DNA of 64,000 nucleotides from an uncultured Bacteroidales bacterium (GTDB lineage Bacteria; Bacteroidota; Bacteroidia; Bacteroidales; FEN-979). Below are positions 1-9,389 of this stretch, piece by piece. The position numbers and the translations under genes are program-made. The stretch's first letter is position 1; every line of letters starts with the position of its first letter. The stretch is from NCBI GenBank assembly GCA_903837605.1, contig CAILVF010000043.1:12016-76015 (forward strand), given 5' to 3'. The notes under the pieces were generated by a model. The model saw nothing but the letters and a program-made list of their open reading frames with translations. It was not told where the DNA came from and made no database searches.

Positions 1-1359
1 GTTTACAAATTCCAGGTGGGTTTGTCCCTGCCAGTTTACCATGATATGTGATTGGGTCAATGCTAAATGTAATACCAGGTTACTATTTGCAAAGGGTGTT
101 TCGCCAAACCTGTCCACAGTGACCGACAGGTTATAGCTGTTACCTGAGCTATATCCGTCACTTATTGTGATGCCAAATGCAGTTTTGACTGCATAATCTG
201 ATTCATATATCGGTAAATACGATGTATACAGGCTGACCGAATGATCTCCACCCACAAGACGTTTGATCCCGTCAAATATGGCGGTGGGAAAACCCGAGAT
301 AATATAATAGCTGTTCCGCGCATTCGAAGCTGTGTAGGCATATGTGTCGCCGTTATGATTTTCCACCACTGCTACCTCCTGGCCGTTTTCAACAAGGTCA
401 TCGGCTCCCATTGCGGCTCCGGGACAATACTGGCACCATGTGCCGGTCGCGATCTCCAGTAAAACGTATTGTTTATTATGGGTATACGTATAAACCATTT
501 TTGTGAGGGTGTCATTGGAGTGATCCATGTCAGAGGCCAGGGAAGTATATATTTTCATTTTATATATCGCTTCGGAAGCGGGGAGTGTGAAGGAGGTAAA
601 ATTCACGACGGCAGTATCCCATAAGGCCATTGAGGTCACAGTCTGGTTGTCGGAATATATCTCAGTGTTATCATAATTATAAATTTTGCAAACCACCTGA
701 AACCCGGTTTCAGTAGTTAATCCGGTATTTTTTATAGTGGCTGAAGGTATTACCGGTGCAGTGTTGGTCAGATACTTTTCATTATTGACCGACATGGTGG
801 ACAGATCGTCGGCAGGGGGAACCGACAGGCTTACATCATCCACGAACATATTGTTGCCGTATTTGCTGTATCCCCTCAAAATAAGGTAATTGATCCCGGT
901 AAGGCCGGCCGGAAGAAGGTAGCTGTATTTATACCATCCATCCACCGGGTTGTACCTTGGTATTGTTCCTAACCAGGTTGCCCCGCTCAAACTGGCCGCA
1001 GAGTTATAGTACACCCCGATACTGTCATTATATATCGGCCAACCCGAATCGCTGTATTTCCAGAAACTGAATACATGTACTGACGAACCGTTAAAGGTCA
1101 GAGGTGGAGAAACCAGCAGAGCATTCACTCCGGCCAGGTAGTCATAACTATTATATTCAGCCATGCCTGCCCCGCTATGAGGTCCGCAAACAGGATCCAC
1201 GCCGGTGGTTACCCGTTTCCACAATCCGGAGCCTCCGACCTGGATGTTTTGCCATCCGGAAGGAGGAAATGTTGTTCCATCAAAACTTTCATTTAATGTT
1301 TGTGCCCATCCTGATAAGATAAAGCCCATTGAAATCAGAACCAAATAAATATTTTTCAT
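1..1359 (-). CDS. Secreted protein, C-terminally truncated by the window edge; thioredoxin-fold-like WCxYCP motif (Omp28-related-like)
   Basis: ATG at 1357-1359 (minus) is followed by signal peptide MKNIYLVLISMGFILSGWAQ. I checked the frame codon by codon and found no stop from 1359 down to base 1 (453 codons). It is missing from the ORF track because it has no stop in the window. Internal motif LLEIATGTWCQYCPGAAMGADDL. Track ORFs 241..462 and 1104..1322 are antisense shadows. Confidence 0.65.
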   Translation of the reverse strand, partial: MKNIYLVLISMGFILSGWAQTLNESFDGTTFPPSGWQNIQVGGSGLWKRVTTGVDPVCGPHSGAGMAEYNSYDYLAGVNALLVSPPLTFNGSSVHVFSFWKYSDSGWPIYNDSIGVYYNSAASLSGATWLGTIPRYNPVDGWYKYSYLLPAGLTGINYLILRGYSKYGNNMFVDDVSLSVPPADDLSTMSVNNEKYLTNTAPVIPSATIKNTGLTTETGFQVVCKIYNYDNTEIYSDNQTVTSMALWDTAVVNFTSFTLPASEAIYKMKIYTSLASDMDHSNDTLTKMVYTYTHNKQYVLLEIATGTWCQYCPGAAMGADDLVENGQEVAVVENHNGDTYAYTASNARNSYYIISGFPTAIFDGIKRLVGGDHSVSLYTSYLPIYESDYAVKTAFGITISDGYSSGNSYNLSVTVDRFGETPFANSNLVLHLALTQSHIMVNWQGQTHLEFVN

Positions 1360-1439
1360 TTTTTTACAGTAAATTTCTCCTGAGGGAATGCTTTTCCGAA
1401 CAATTCAATGACAAACGGAATGGTTTCCGGAAAGCGGGG

Positions 1440-1447
1440 CAAAATTA
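1440..1447 (-). promoter_or_regulatory. Bacteroidota sigma-A -7 box (TAATTTTG)
   Basis: Minus strand reads TAATTTTG, matching TAnnTTTG, about 80 nt upstream of the ATG at 1359. Confidence 0.4.
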
Positions 1448-1533
1448 ATCATTTTACCCGGATGCGCCGGATTTGTTGATAATGTATGGGAAAGAAAAAA
1501 AGTCTGATCCTGTAAACGAGATTTCCAGATGGC

Positions 1534-3012
1534 TTATTTCTTCAGGATTATTTTACTAATATTACTCTGACCATCAGTTACTTTCAACAAATATGAACCG
1601 TTTGGAAGCCTGCTGATATCAAGTTCAGTATTTTCATTGCTTAATGACTTTTCCATTACTGCCTCTCCTTGCAGATTACAAACAGACATCCTGTAGATTT
1701 TTTCCCTGCTGAAACCGCTTATGGAAACAGTGATCGCCCCGCCTGAAGGATCGGGATAAACAATGAGATTGCCAAATGTTTCCTGTTTGTTTTCTATACC
1801 GGTATTATCAAAACATTGAAAATGGGCATTATACTCATAAACACTTGAAAGGAAATAAATCCAGACTTGTCTTGAATAAAGAGATAGCATACCCAGCGCC
1901 GGAGACCAAACGCCGGCAACGGATTCTTCATATTGTCCTGTGATTGAGTTCCCGTTGGCATCATAGGTGTATGAATACCTGATGTAATTATCCCACACAT
2001 TCGAATGCCAGATCTGCCAGGTCTCGGATAGTTCATTATCGTTTGCATCATATGAAAATTGACATTTCTGGTTATCAATCCATGCACCTGCTTCCCAATC
2101 TTGTAAGTGTGATGAAGTACACCTCCCGCTGGTATTGTAGGTATAGGTGTTATACGTATAGTTCTCCCATGCATTCGATTGCCAGGTTTGATGCAATTCG
2201 GTAAGCATATTCCCGTCGGGATCGTAGGTCATGGTAATCAGGTAACCGTTTACCCATGCCCCAGCCTGCCATTCCTGGGATTGCTCGGTAAGTAAATGAT
2301 TGCCGGCGTCGTAAGAGTCGATATACTTGTATTGATTCTCCCATGCCCCAGCCACCCAGAGTTCTCCCAAAAAGGTAATTCTGTTATTATTACCATCATA
2401 GGTGTATGTCCAGCGATTATAGTTATTCCAGGTATTGGAATTCCATTGCTCAGAGAGAACGCTCAGGTAATTGCCATACGCATCAAAAGTGTTTGTGTAC
2501 CTCATGTTATTGACCCATGCATTGGATTGAAAGGATTCGTCCAATTCAGAAACCTCGTTTCCGCTGGAATCATAGGTATATGTTATTCTCGAGGAATTCA
2601 CCCAGGCTCCTGATAGCCATTCTTCCTCCAATTCAGAAACCTCGTTTCCGCTGGCATCATAGGTATAAGTTAGTTTCCAGGTATTTATCCAGGAGCCGGC
2701 AAACCAATTCTGTATTATATGGGTCAGCATATTACCATGGTTGTCAAAGGTTGCCGTATGCCTTTCCAGTTCGCTTGCCGTGTTATAAGAAATTATCGTA
2801 TCCCAATTGCAGAATACCGATGCGGGTTTGATCAGATTTCTATTTTGAAAATTGCGGGAAGTAACAGATCCGGCGGGTATGTTATAACGGCCCGGCAGCT
2901 TGTTATGAGGGTCAGTCCCTTTGTGAAAAGCAGAACCCATCTGCGGTGCAATGGCAAATACCTGGCAGGAAAAAAATATCATTGCAGCGAAAAAGAATAA
3001 ATGTTTTTTCAT
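1534..3012 (-). CDS. T9SS cargo protein with about 10 YD/RHS-like repeats (YTYDxxGN)
   Basis: Signal peptide MKKHLFFFAAMIFFSCQVFA. Repeats of about 27 aa (TYTYDASGNEVSE, ITYTYDSSGNEVSE, YSYTYDANGNSITG and others). The C-terminal roughly 80 aa (LIVYPDPSGGAITVSI...GSYLLKVTDGQSNISKIILKK) looks like a T9SS sorting domain. Confidence 0.75.
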   Translation of the reverse strand: MKKHLFFFAAMIFFSCQVFAIAPQMGSAFHKGTDPHNKLPGRYNIPAGSVTSRNFQNRNLIKPASVFCNWDTIISYNTASELERHTATFDNHGNMLTHIIQNWFAGSWINTWKLTYTYDASGNEVSELEEEWLSGAWVNSSRITYTYDSSGNEVSELDESFQSNAWVNNMRYTNTFDAYGNYLSVLSEQWNSNTWNNYNRWTYTYDGNNNRITFLGELWVAGAWENQYKYIDSYDAGNHLLTEQSQEWQAGAWVNGYLITMTYDPDGNMLTELHQTWQSNAWENYTYNTYTYNTSGRCTSSHLQDWEAGAWIDNQKCQFSYDANDNELSETWQIWHSNVWDNYIRYSYTYDANGNSITGQYEESVAGVWSPALGMLSLYSRQVWIYFLSSVYEYNAHFQCFDNTGIENKQETFGNLIVYPDPSGGAITVSISGFSREKIYRMSVCNLQGEAVMEKSLSNENTELDISRLPNGSYLLKVTDGQSNISKIILKK

Positions 3013-3107
3013 ATCGTTTCCCGTTAAAATGCAAATTATTTTTTCAAAAATAACATTTTCCTAACGATCAATAAAAGGAGCTGAACGCAGACTTTCTGGT
3101 TATTTGT

Positions 3108-5003
3108 TTACTTCAGGATCACAATTTTCCTGGTAACTATGCTGCTGCTGGTTTTGACGCGAACAAAACAGATCCCTCCGGGAACATCGGAGATATCGAT
3201 TGCAATTGTATTAAGTGAGCTGCCCATGGTAAGGGATTTAAGCAGCTGTCCTCTCATATTAAGCAGTTCAATGGTTTCAGCCTGGTTTGCATCCCTGTTC
3301 ATCAGCTCAATGTTGATCTTGTCCCTGGCCGGGTTGGGATAGATATTCAGGCCTGTGTTTTCATGGCCGGTTAACTTAGGGATGCCGGTGAATGTGCCAC
3401 CTCCGGGCAGGGTATTTGTGAGAAAGGCCTGGGTCACTAAATCGGTCATATCTCTCAGCCTTGAAACCGAACCCAAGGCGCTTTTTGAATTATAATCCCT
3501 GGCCCAGTTGAACGAAAGGTCAATTTCCTGTACAGCTCCCGCATGGAAAGTAAAAGGACCCGAAACCTGAACTCCCCTCCGGTCGCCGGGGTTATTACCG
3601 GCAGAGGAATCTGTCCAGTTCTTTGGACCGTAAGGCGGGATGCCTCCTGTTCCCCAGTTCAGGGAGTCGGATTCCCCGGGGAACATGAACCTGCATGCAG
3701 GCCCGTATGCACCGGAACTGGTATGTCCGTTTCCTCCATATAATAAGGGAGTGCCATCCAGCCAGAAGCCTTTCATATAACTGTAATACTGGTAGTCGTA
3801 TCTCGGATCAAGCATGTATGACGGGACCCCCGAGTTATTCATATACAAAAAACGGCACATCCCCAGCCGTTCGTTATCGACAATGGAATCGCCGAAAAAC
3901 TGCCCGTTCACGCTGTAATCGCAAAGCCGATGGCCGTAGCCGTCATATTTGGGATTGTCGATACCGTCTGGATCCATATAGGGCCCGGCAAGTATTACAA
4001 CGCCAAGAGATGGTGGATTTGCACCGTACGCATAGGGTTCCCCGAACCCGTCGACAGGCGTTCCGTTATATCCTATATGCATGTTCCTTGCCACATCGCA
4101 ACCAACATAATCATCGTTGGGATAACCGAGGTCGATATCGGTGAAAACCCCAAGGTATACACTGTCGTATGTGTTCTGGGAACGGTTGAAGATCTGGTAG
4201 TTCAGGAAGATGGTGTTATTGAAAGCCGAGTCATTGGGCATGTCCCAGGCATAGGCCATCCCATGGAATTCCGCTCTCAGTTTGTTTCCCGCGGTTTCAA
4301 GGTGGGGCCCCCTGTCATCGTTGAAAATGAAGAACAATGCCTGGTCTCCCCTGATCAGGGGATAGTCGCCATCCATGGGGCTGTAAATTCCGTCGCCGTT
4401 CACATCATAAAAAGGAGCCAGCTGTGATGCCTGTCCCATGGCCGTATTCCCGTTCCCGGGCCAGGTGACGATATCGTGAAGAGGTTGATAACCCGGATCA
4501 GCATAATGTGCCTTATGATATTCTATATCGGTTTTCTTCAGGTTCCATACATAGCTCCATATCGAGTCCTGGCGTGCTGAATAGTAAATAGAATCGGCCA
4601 CCGGACCGCAGTAAAAATCAGGACAGGAACCGGCGGGTCCTGTATTCGGTCCCTGGCGGTAACGTTCCCCTGCAAAATGCAGTATACCCCGACTGTCTTT
4701 TCCGCCTATCCACATGGTGTTGGAAAAGGCTGAAGTTTTCCCGCTGCCCTTAGGAACTTCGAAGGCGGCATTTTGATCAAAGAAATGGCTGCCCCTTGCA
4801 TAGAACAGGGCATTGATGTTGTTTATGTTCAGCCAGGCACGGCCGGTATCGCTGGCAAGCAGGGTCCTTACTGAGGGGATGGAAGGATCTTTTAAGAAAT
4901 TCCCGGCAGGGCCCGCCACAGGCTGTGCATAAAGGAAGAAACCTGAGCAGGTCATCAGGCATAGTAAAATCCACTTGACTGGTGTAAAAATCCGCTTATC
5001 CAT
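3108..5003 (-). CDS. T9SS cargo protein of unknown function (631 aa)
   Basis: Start trimmed to Met74 of the track ORF (cat at 5001-5003), giving signal peptide MDKRIFTPVKWILLCLMTCSGFFLYAQ. The C-terminus LNIYPNPARDKINIEL...GICFVRVKTSSSIVTRKIVILK is a typical T9SS CTD. Confidence 0.7.
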   Translation of the reverse strand: MDKRIFTPVKWILLCLMTCSGFFLYAQPVAGPAGNFLKDPSIPSVRTLLASDTGRAWLNINNINALFYARGSHFFDQNAAFEVPKGSGKTSAFSNTMWIGGKDSRGILHFAGERYRQGPNTGPAGSCPDFYCGPVADSIYYSARQDSIWSYVWNLKKTDIEYHKAHYADPGYQPLHDIVTWPGNGNTAMGQASQLAPFYDVNGDGIYSPMDGDYPLIRGDQALFFIFNDDRGPHLETAGNKLRAEFHGMAYAWDMPNDSAFNNTIFLNYQIFNRSQNTYDSVYLGVFTDIDLGYPNDDYVGCDVARNMHIGYNGTPVDGFGEPYAYGANPPSLGVVILAGPYMDPDGIDNPKYDGYGHRLCDYSVNGQFFGDSIVDNERLGMCRFLYMNNSGVPSYMLDPRYDYQYYSYMKGFWLDGTPLLYGGNGHTSSGAYGPACRFMFPGESDSLNWGTGGIPPYGPKNWTDSSAGNNPGDRRGVQVSGPFTFHAGAVQEIDLSFNWARDYNSKSALGSVSRLRDMTDLVTQAFLTNTLPGGGTFTGIPKLTGHENTGLNIYPNPARDKINIELMNRDANQAETIELLNMRGQLLKSLTMGSSLNTIAIDISDVPGGICFVRVKTSSSIVTRKIVILK

Positions 5004-5220
5004 AATATTACGTTTAAAGGTTATAAAACCAATTAACCTGATAATACCCCCGGGGCTAAGCCCCGGACCCGAGTTCCGTCCCTCAGAGGCGGGAAATTTA
5101 CGGGTGTGATAAAATTTAATTACATAAGTCAACCACCCGCCCCGACCCTCTCTTAACGAAACGGGCAAAGTGGTCATCCTGACAAAGATAATATAAAACA
5201 GACAAAAATCGGACAAGTGC

Positions 5221-5257
5221 AAATAAAAATGCCTGTATGTATAAGAAATACAGGCAT
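5221..5257 (-). terminator. Rho-independent terminator downstream of tRNA-Gln
   Basis: 9-bp stem atgcctgta/tacaggcat (5229-5237 / 5249-5257). On the minus strand it is followed by TTTTATTT (5221-5228). Confidence 0.6.
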
Positions 5258-5273
5258 TTGAATTTAAATCTTG

Positions 5274-5344
5274 TTGTCCCGCCAGGATTCGAACCTAGAC
5301 CAAGAGAACCAAAATCTCTAGTGCTGCCATTACACCACGGGACA
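5274..5344 (-). tRNA. tRNA-Gln (anticodon UUG)
   Basis: Hand-folded cloverleaf of 71 nt: acceptor TGTCCCG/CGGGACA, D-arm GTGT-AATGGCA-GCAC, anticodon stem AGAGA/TCTCT with loop TTTTGGT (anticodon TTG), and T-arm CTAGG-TTCGAAT-CCTGG. CCA is not encoded. Confidence 0.9.
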
Positions 5345-5387
5345 ATCTGCGTTTCATACGGGTGAGCCCGGGTTTGAAATGCGGCTG

Positions 5388-5395
5388 CAAAAGTA
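5388..5395 (-). promoter_or_regulatory. -7 box (TACTTTTG) for tRNA-Gln
   Basis: Minus strand reads TACTTTTG (TAnnTTTG), 44 nt upstream of the mature tRNA 5' end. Confidence 0.4.
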
Positions 5396-5453
5396 GCAAT
5401 TTTTTCACATAAGCGCAATTTTTGTACCTTCGCAGCCCATTCAAAACCTATCA

Positions 5454-8400
5454 ATGAATAATTACAAGAGATTGAACACTCTCCTCGGCTGGCTTACCTT
5501 TACCATAGCTTCCGTGGTGTTTCTGCTTACCATTGAGCCCACTGCAAGCTGGTGGGACCCGGGTGAATTTATTTCGACAACGTATAAACTCCAGATCGGC
5601 CATCCGCCGGGGGCGCCAACCATGCAGCTTATAGGCAGGGTGCTCTCTCTCCTGGCTTTTGGAAACGTTGCAAAAGTAGCCATGATGATCAATGCCATGA
5701 GCGCTATCTGCAGCGGGTTTACGATTCTTTTCCTATTCTGGACCATCACAATGTTTGCCCGCAAGATCGTTGCCCCCGATGGAGAAATGACCGAAGGCCG
5801 TATGTGGACTATTTTTTCTGCAGCTTTCATCGGCGCCATGACCTTCACATTTACCGATTCCTTCTGGTTCTCGGCTGTGGAAGGCGAAGTCTACGCCATG
5901 TCGGCCATGTTCACTTCCCTGGTCTTCTGGGCAATAATGAAATGGGAGTCGGTGGCTGATGAGAAACATGCTTCACGCTGGCTTATTTTCATCGCGCTGA
6001 TGATCGGGTTTGCCATTGGGGTTCATCTCCTGAACCTCCTGACCATTCCGGCCCTGGCCTATGTCATCTACTTTAAAAAATACAAACCTACACGCCTTGG
6101 AATGCTGCTGACATTCGCGATCGCTGTCGTGGTGCTGGCTTTTATCATGTATTTCGTGATCCCCTGGATCCCCAACCTTGCCGGTAAGTTTGAAATACTC
6201 TTCGTCAACTCTTTCGGCCTGCCATTCCAGAGCGGGACCATCTTTTATTTCCTGCTGCTGATCGGGATAATCGTATGGGGGCTTTATTATACACGAAAGA
6301 CAAACCGTCCGCTGATCAATTCAATAGTGCTTGCCTTTGCTTTCCTGCTGATAGGATACTCGACTTTTCTGGTCCTGGTGATCCGTGCCAACGCCGATAC
6401 TCCAATCAATGAAAATGATCCAAAGGATATCGTAGGACTGGTTTCCTACCTGAACAGGGAACAATACGGAACCTGGCCGATCTTCTATGGCCAGTATTAT
6501 AATGCACCTATTGTAGGGTATGAAGACGGCAACCCCGTGTATGCCCATGATTCGGCTACCCATAAATATATTGTCGTGGATGACAGGAAGGGGACAATTC
6601 CCGTATTTGATCCCCGGTTTATGACCATTTTTCCGAGGATCTGGAGCCGGGAGTCGGACCGCAAAGGCACTCTTGACTTTTACAGGAAATGGGGAGGTGA
6701 AGGAGTCCCGATCACTTATACCGATGAAGACGGAAAAACCCAGACTGTTAACAAACCGACTTTTGGCGAAAACCTGAAATATTTCTTCACCTACCAGGTT
6801 GGCTGGATGTACCTGAGATATTTCCTCTGGAATTACTCCGGCCGTCAAAATGATGTGCAGGGTTTCGGAGGTGTTGAGGACGGGAACTGGATAACAGGGA
6901 TACCTTTCCTTGATAAACTAAGGCTTGGGCATGACCAGCTGAACCTGCCCGATAATAAAAAGAACTGGGGGACCAATAAATATTACATGCTGCCGCTCAT
7001 ATTAGGGCTCATCGGTATTTTCTTCCAGGCTAAGAAAGAGTCGAGGGGAGCTGTTGTCATCACCATGCTCTTTCTCATGACCGGCCTTGCCATCGTGGTG
7101 TATCTTAACCAGAAACCTTTCGAGCCCCGTGAACGTGATTATTCGTACTGCGGATCCACCTATGCGTTTGCCATTTGGATCGGGCTAGGGGTTATCTACC
7201 TGACACAGCTTGCCAAAAAGTACCTTAAGAAAGAATACCTTTCAATTATTCTTGTTTTTGCCTTTTGTTTCCTGCTTGTTCCTGCCAACATGGCAAGGGA
7301 GAACTGGGATGACCATGACCGCAGCGGAAAATACTCCTGCCGGGACTTTGCGGCAAATTACCTGAATTCCTGCGATCCCCAGGGCGTTTTGATCACAAAC
7401 GGCGATAATGATACTTTCCCTCTCTGGTACGACCAGGAGGTTGAAGGGATACGCACCGATGTAAGGGTTGTAAATTATATGCTCGCCTCCGGCGGATGGT
7501 ATATCGACCAGCTCTATCAGAAGATGTATGATTCGAAACCCCTTCCTTTCACCCTGGACCGGAAAATGTACGGGGCAGGGAAAAATGACATCATCCCGTT
7601 TTATGATATAGGGGTAAAGGGTTATGTGGAGCTTAAAGATATTATTGATTTTATCAAAAGTGATGATCCGCAAACCTTCCTGACCCTTCAAAACGGGGAA
7701 AAGATCAAGTTCATCCCCTCGAGGAACGTCAAGCTCACGGTAGACAAGGAAGCATGTATCAGGAACGGCATTGTGCCTGCCCATATGAAAGACAGGATGG
7801 TTGACACCCTTTACTGGACAATACGGGGAAACCAGCTGTATAAAAACGATATCATGCTTCTTGATTTCGTTGCCAGCAATAAATGGACCCGTTCCCTGTA
7901 CTTCGCTTCCCCTAATAGCGTTGGCTCTGTTTTCAATATGGAAAAATTTTGTCATGTGACCGGTTTCGTTTATAAATTCATGCCTGTGCATGCCGATTCG
8001 GCCGATTATATCCAGGGAATGGGAGGTGTTGACCCGCTGACCTCCTACGACATTCTCATGAATAAATGCAAATGGGGCAACCTAAGCGATCCAAAAGTAT
8101 ATATCGACCCTGAAAGTCTCAATAATTCGGTTCGCCCGAAGACCAACATCATGAGGGTGGCCCAGTCGCTGGTAACTTTGGAAAAGAAAAAAGAAGCAGT
8201 GATGCTGCTTAATTCTTACCTGAATAATTTCCCCGATTCGAAGATCACCTACGATATGTATATGCTGCCGTATGCCGATATTTATTACAAGGCCGGGGAT
8301 ACGGCAACCGCTAATAAAATCATGAGGAGGGTGTCGCAGATTCTTACTCAGAACCTCGATTATTATATGTCGTACGACCCCGGGTACCGTCAGTATTTCC

Positions 8401-8528
8401 AAAGCGACATCAATTCCAATATGGGGATGATACGCAGGATCTCGATGATGGCAACTGACAATAAACAAACCAAGCTTGCTGCTGAAATGGAAGCGCTGTT
8501 CAATAAACGGATTAAATCATATCAATAA
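5454..8528 (+). CDS. DUF2723-family (TMEM260-like, GT-C fold) polytopic membrane protein
   Basis: N-terminal SWWDPGEFISTTYKLQIGHPPGAPTMQL motif, which I recognise from DUF2723 proteins. Many TM helices are followed by a large soluble C-terminal domain. Total length 1024 aa. Confidence 0.7.
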   Translation: MNNYKRLNTLLGWLTFTIASVVFLLTIEPTASWWDPGEFISTTYKLQIGHPPGAPTMQLIGRVLSLLAFGNVAKVAMMINAMSAICSGFTILFLFWTITMFARKIVAPDGEMTEGRMWTIFSAAFIGAMTFTFTDSFWFSAVEGEVYAMSAMFTSLVFWAIMKWESVADEKHASRWLIFIALMIGFAIGVHLLNLLTIPALAYVIYFKKYKPTRLGMLLTFAIAVVVLAFIMYFVIPWIPNLAGKFEILFVNSFGLPFQSGTIFYFLLLIGIIVWGLYYTRKTNRPLINSIVLAFAFLLIGYSTFLVLVIRANADTPINENDPKDIVGLVSYLNREQYGTWPIFYGQYYNAPIVGYEDGNPVYAHDSATHKYIVVDDRKGTIPVFDPRFMTIFPRIWSRESDRKGTLDFYRKWGGEGVPITYTDEDGKTQTVNKPTFGENLKYFFTYQVGWMYLRYFLWNYSGRQNDVQGFGGVEDGNWITGIPFLDKLRLGHDQLNLPDNKKNWGTNKYYMLPLILGLIGIFFQAKKESRGAVVITMLFLMTGLAIVVYLNQKPFEPRERDYSYCGSTYAFAIWIGLGVIYLTQLAKKYLKKEYLSIILVFAFCFLLVPANMARENWDDHDRSGKYSCRDFAANYLNSCDPQGVLITNGDNDTFPLWYDQEVEGIRTDVRVVNYMLASGGWYIDQLYQKMYDSKPLPFTLDRKMYGAGKNDIIPFYDIGVKGYVELKDIIDFIKSDDPQTFLTLQNGEKIKFIPSRNVKLTVDKEACIRNGIVPAHMKDRMVDTLYWTIRGNQLYKNDIMLLDFVASNKWTRSLYFASPNSVGSVFNMEKFCHVTGFVYKFMPVHADSADYIQGMGGVDPLTSYDILMNKCKWGNLSDPKVYIDPESLNNSVRPKTNIMRVAQSLVTLEKKKEAVMLLNSYLNNFPDSKITYDMYMLPYADIYYKAGDTATANKIMRRVSQILTQNLDYYMSYDPGYRQYFQSDINSNMGMIRRISMMATDNKQTKLAAEMEALFNKRIKSYQ

Positions 8529-8530
8529 CA

Positions 8531-8572
8531 GTGAACAGTGACTGGTGAATAGTGACTGGTTACTGGTGAAAA
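8531..8572. repeat. Heptamer tandem array, 6 units (GTGAACA GTGACTG GTGAATA GTGACTG GTTACTG GTGAAAA)
   Basis: Direct reading. The array starts 3 nt after the DUF2723 stop (8526-8528) and fills the spacer before lgt. Confidence 0.9.
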
Positions 8573-8582
8573 AAGTAGGAAT

Positions 8583-9389
8583 ATGAATTTTATACTGACA
8601 TTTATTCACTGGAACCCGAACCCGGAAATATTCAATATCGGGGGCCTTGCGATCCGCTGGTACGGTTTGCTTTTCGCTTCTTCTTTTTTCTTCGGCTATT
8701 TTATCATGCTGAAGTTTTTCAAAAAGGAAGGCATAGAGGTTGACAAACTTGACACCCTTACCACGTATATGGTGATAGGTACGGTGGTCGGGGCGAGGCT
8801 GGGGCACTGCCTCTTTTATGAACCTGCATATTATCTATCGCATCCGGTTAAGATACTCGAAGTGTGGGAAGGCGGGCTGGCCAGCCATGGCGCTGCTGTG
8901 GGCATCATTCTTTCCATCCTGATATTCGCTCACAGGAATAAACTGACATTCTTCTGGGTCATGGACCGTGTTGTGATCGTGACGGCCCTGGCAGGCCTCC
9001 TTATAAGGACCGGGAATTTAATGAACTCAGAGATATTCGGGCATATCACAAGCCTCCCATGGGGGTTTTATTTCCTTCGTGCCGCAAATCCCGCTGAAGC
9101 CTTAGACCCGCGCCATCCGACCGAGATCTATGAAGGCCTGTGCTATTTTATTATTTTCCTTTTTCTCTTGCGCTTGTATTATGTTAAAAACGGAAAGCCG
9201 GTACCGGGACAGTTTTTCGGGTTGTTCCTGATCGGAATTTTCGGGGTTCGTTTCTTCGTTGAGTTCCTTAAAGAGCCCCAGGTGGGGTTTGAACAGGGAA
9301 TGCTTCTCAATATGGGGCAACTTCTTAGCATCCCATTGGTTCTCTTTGGGATCTACCTGGTTTACCGGGCACGGAAACTTGAAGCCTGA
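8583..9389 (+). CDS. lgt: Prolipoprotein diacylglyceryl transferase
   Basis: IRWYGLLFASSFFFGY, GARLGHCLFYEP and WEGGLASHGAAVG motifs. Polytopic, 268 aa. Confidence 0.85.
   Translation: MNFILTFIHWNPNPEIFNIGGLAIRWYGLLFASSFFFGYFIMLKFFKKEGIEVDKLDTLTTYMVIGTVVGARLGHCLFYEPAYYLSHPVKILEVWEGGLASHGAAVGIILSILIFAHRNKLTFFWVMDRVVIVTALAGLLIRTGNLMNSEIFGHITSLPWGFYFLRAANPAEALDPRHPTEIYEGLCYFIIFLFLLRLYYVKNGKPVPGQFFGLFLIGIFGVRFFVEFLKEPQVGFEQGMLLNMGQLLSIPLVLFGIYLVYRARKLEA

Noticed and set aside
5221-5453. tRNA-Gln as an integration hotspot or genomic-island boundary
   Set aside because: There is no integrase, no direct repeat of the tRNA 3' end nearby, and the flanking genes are ordinary. The tRNA has its own promoter box and terminator.
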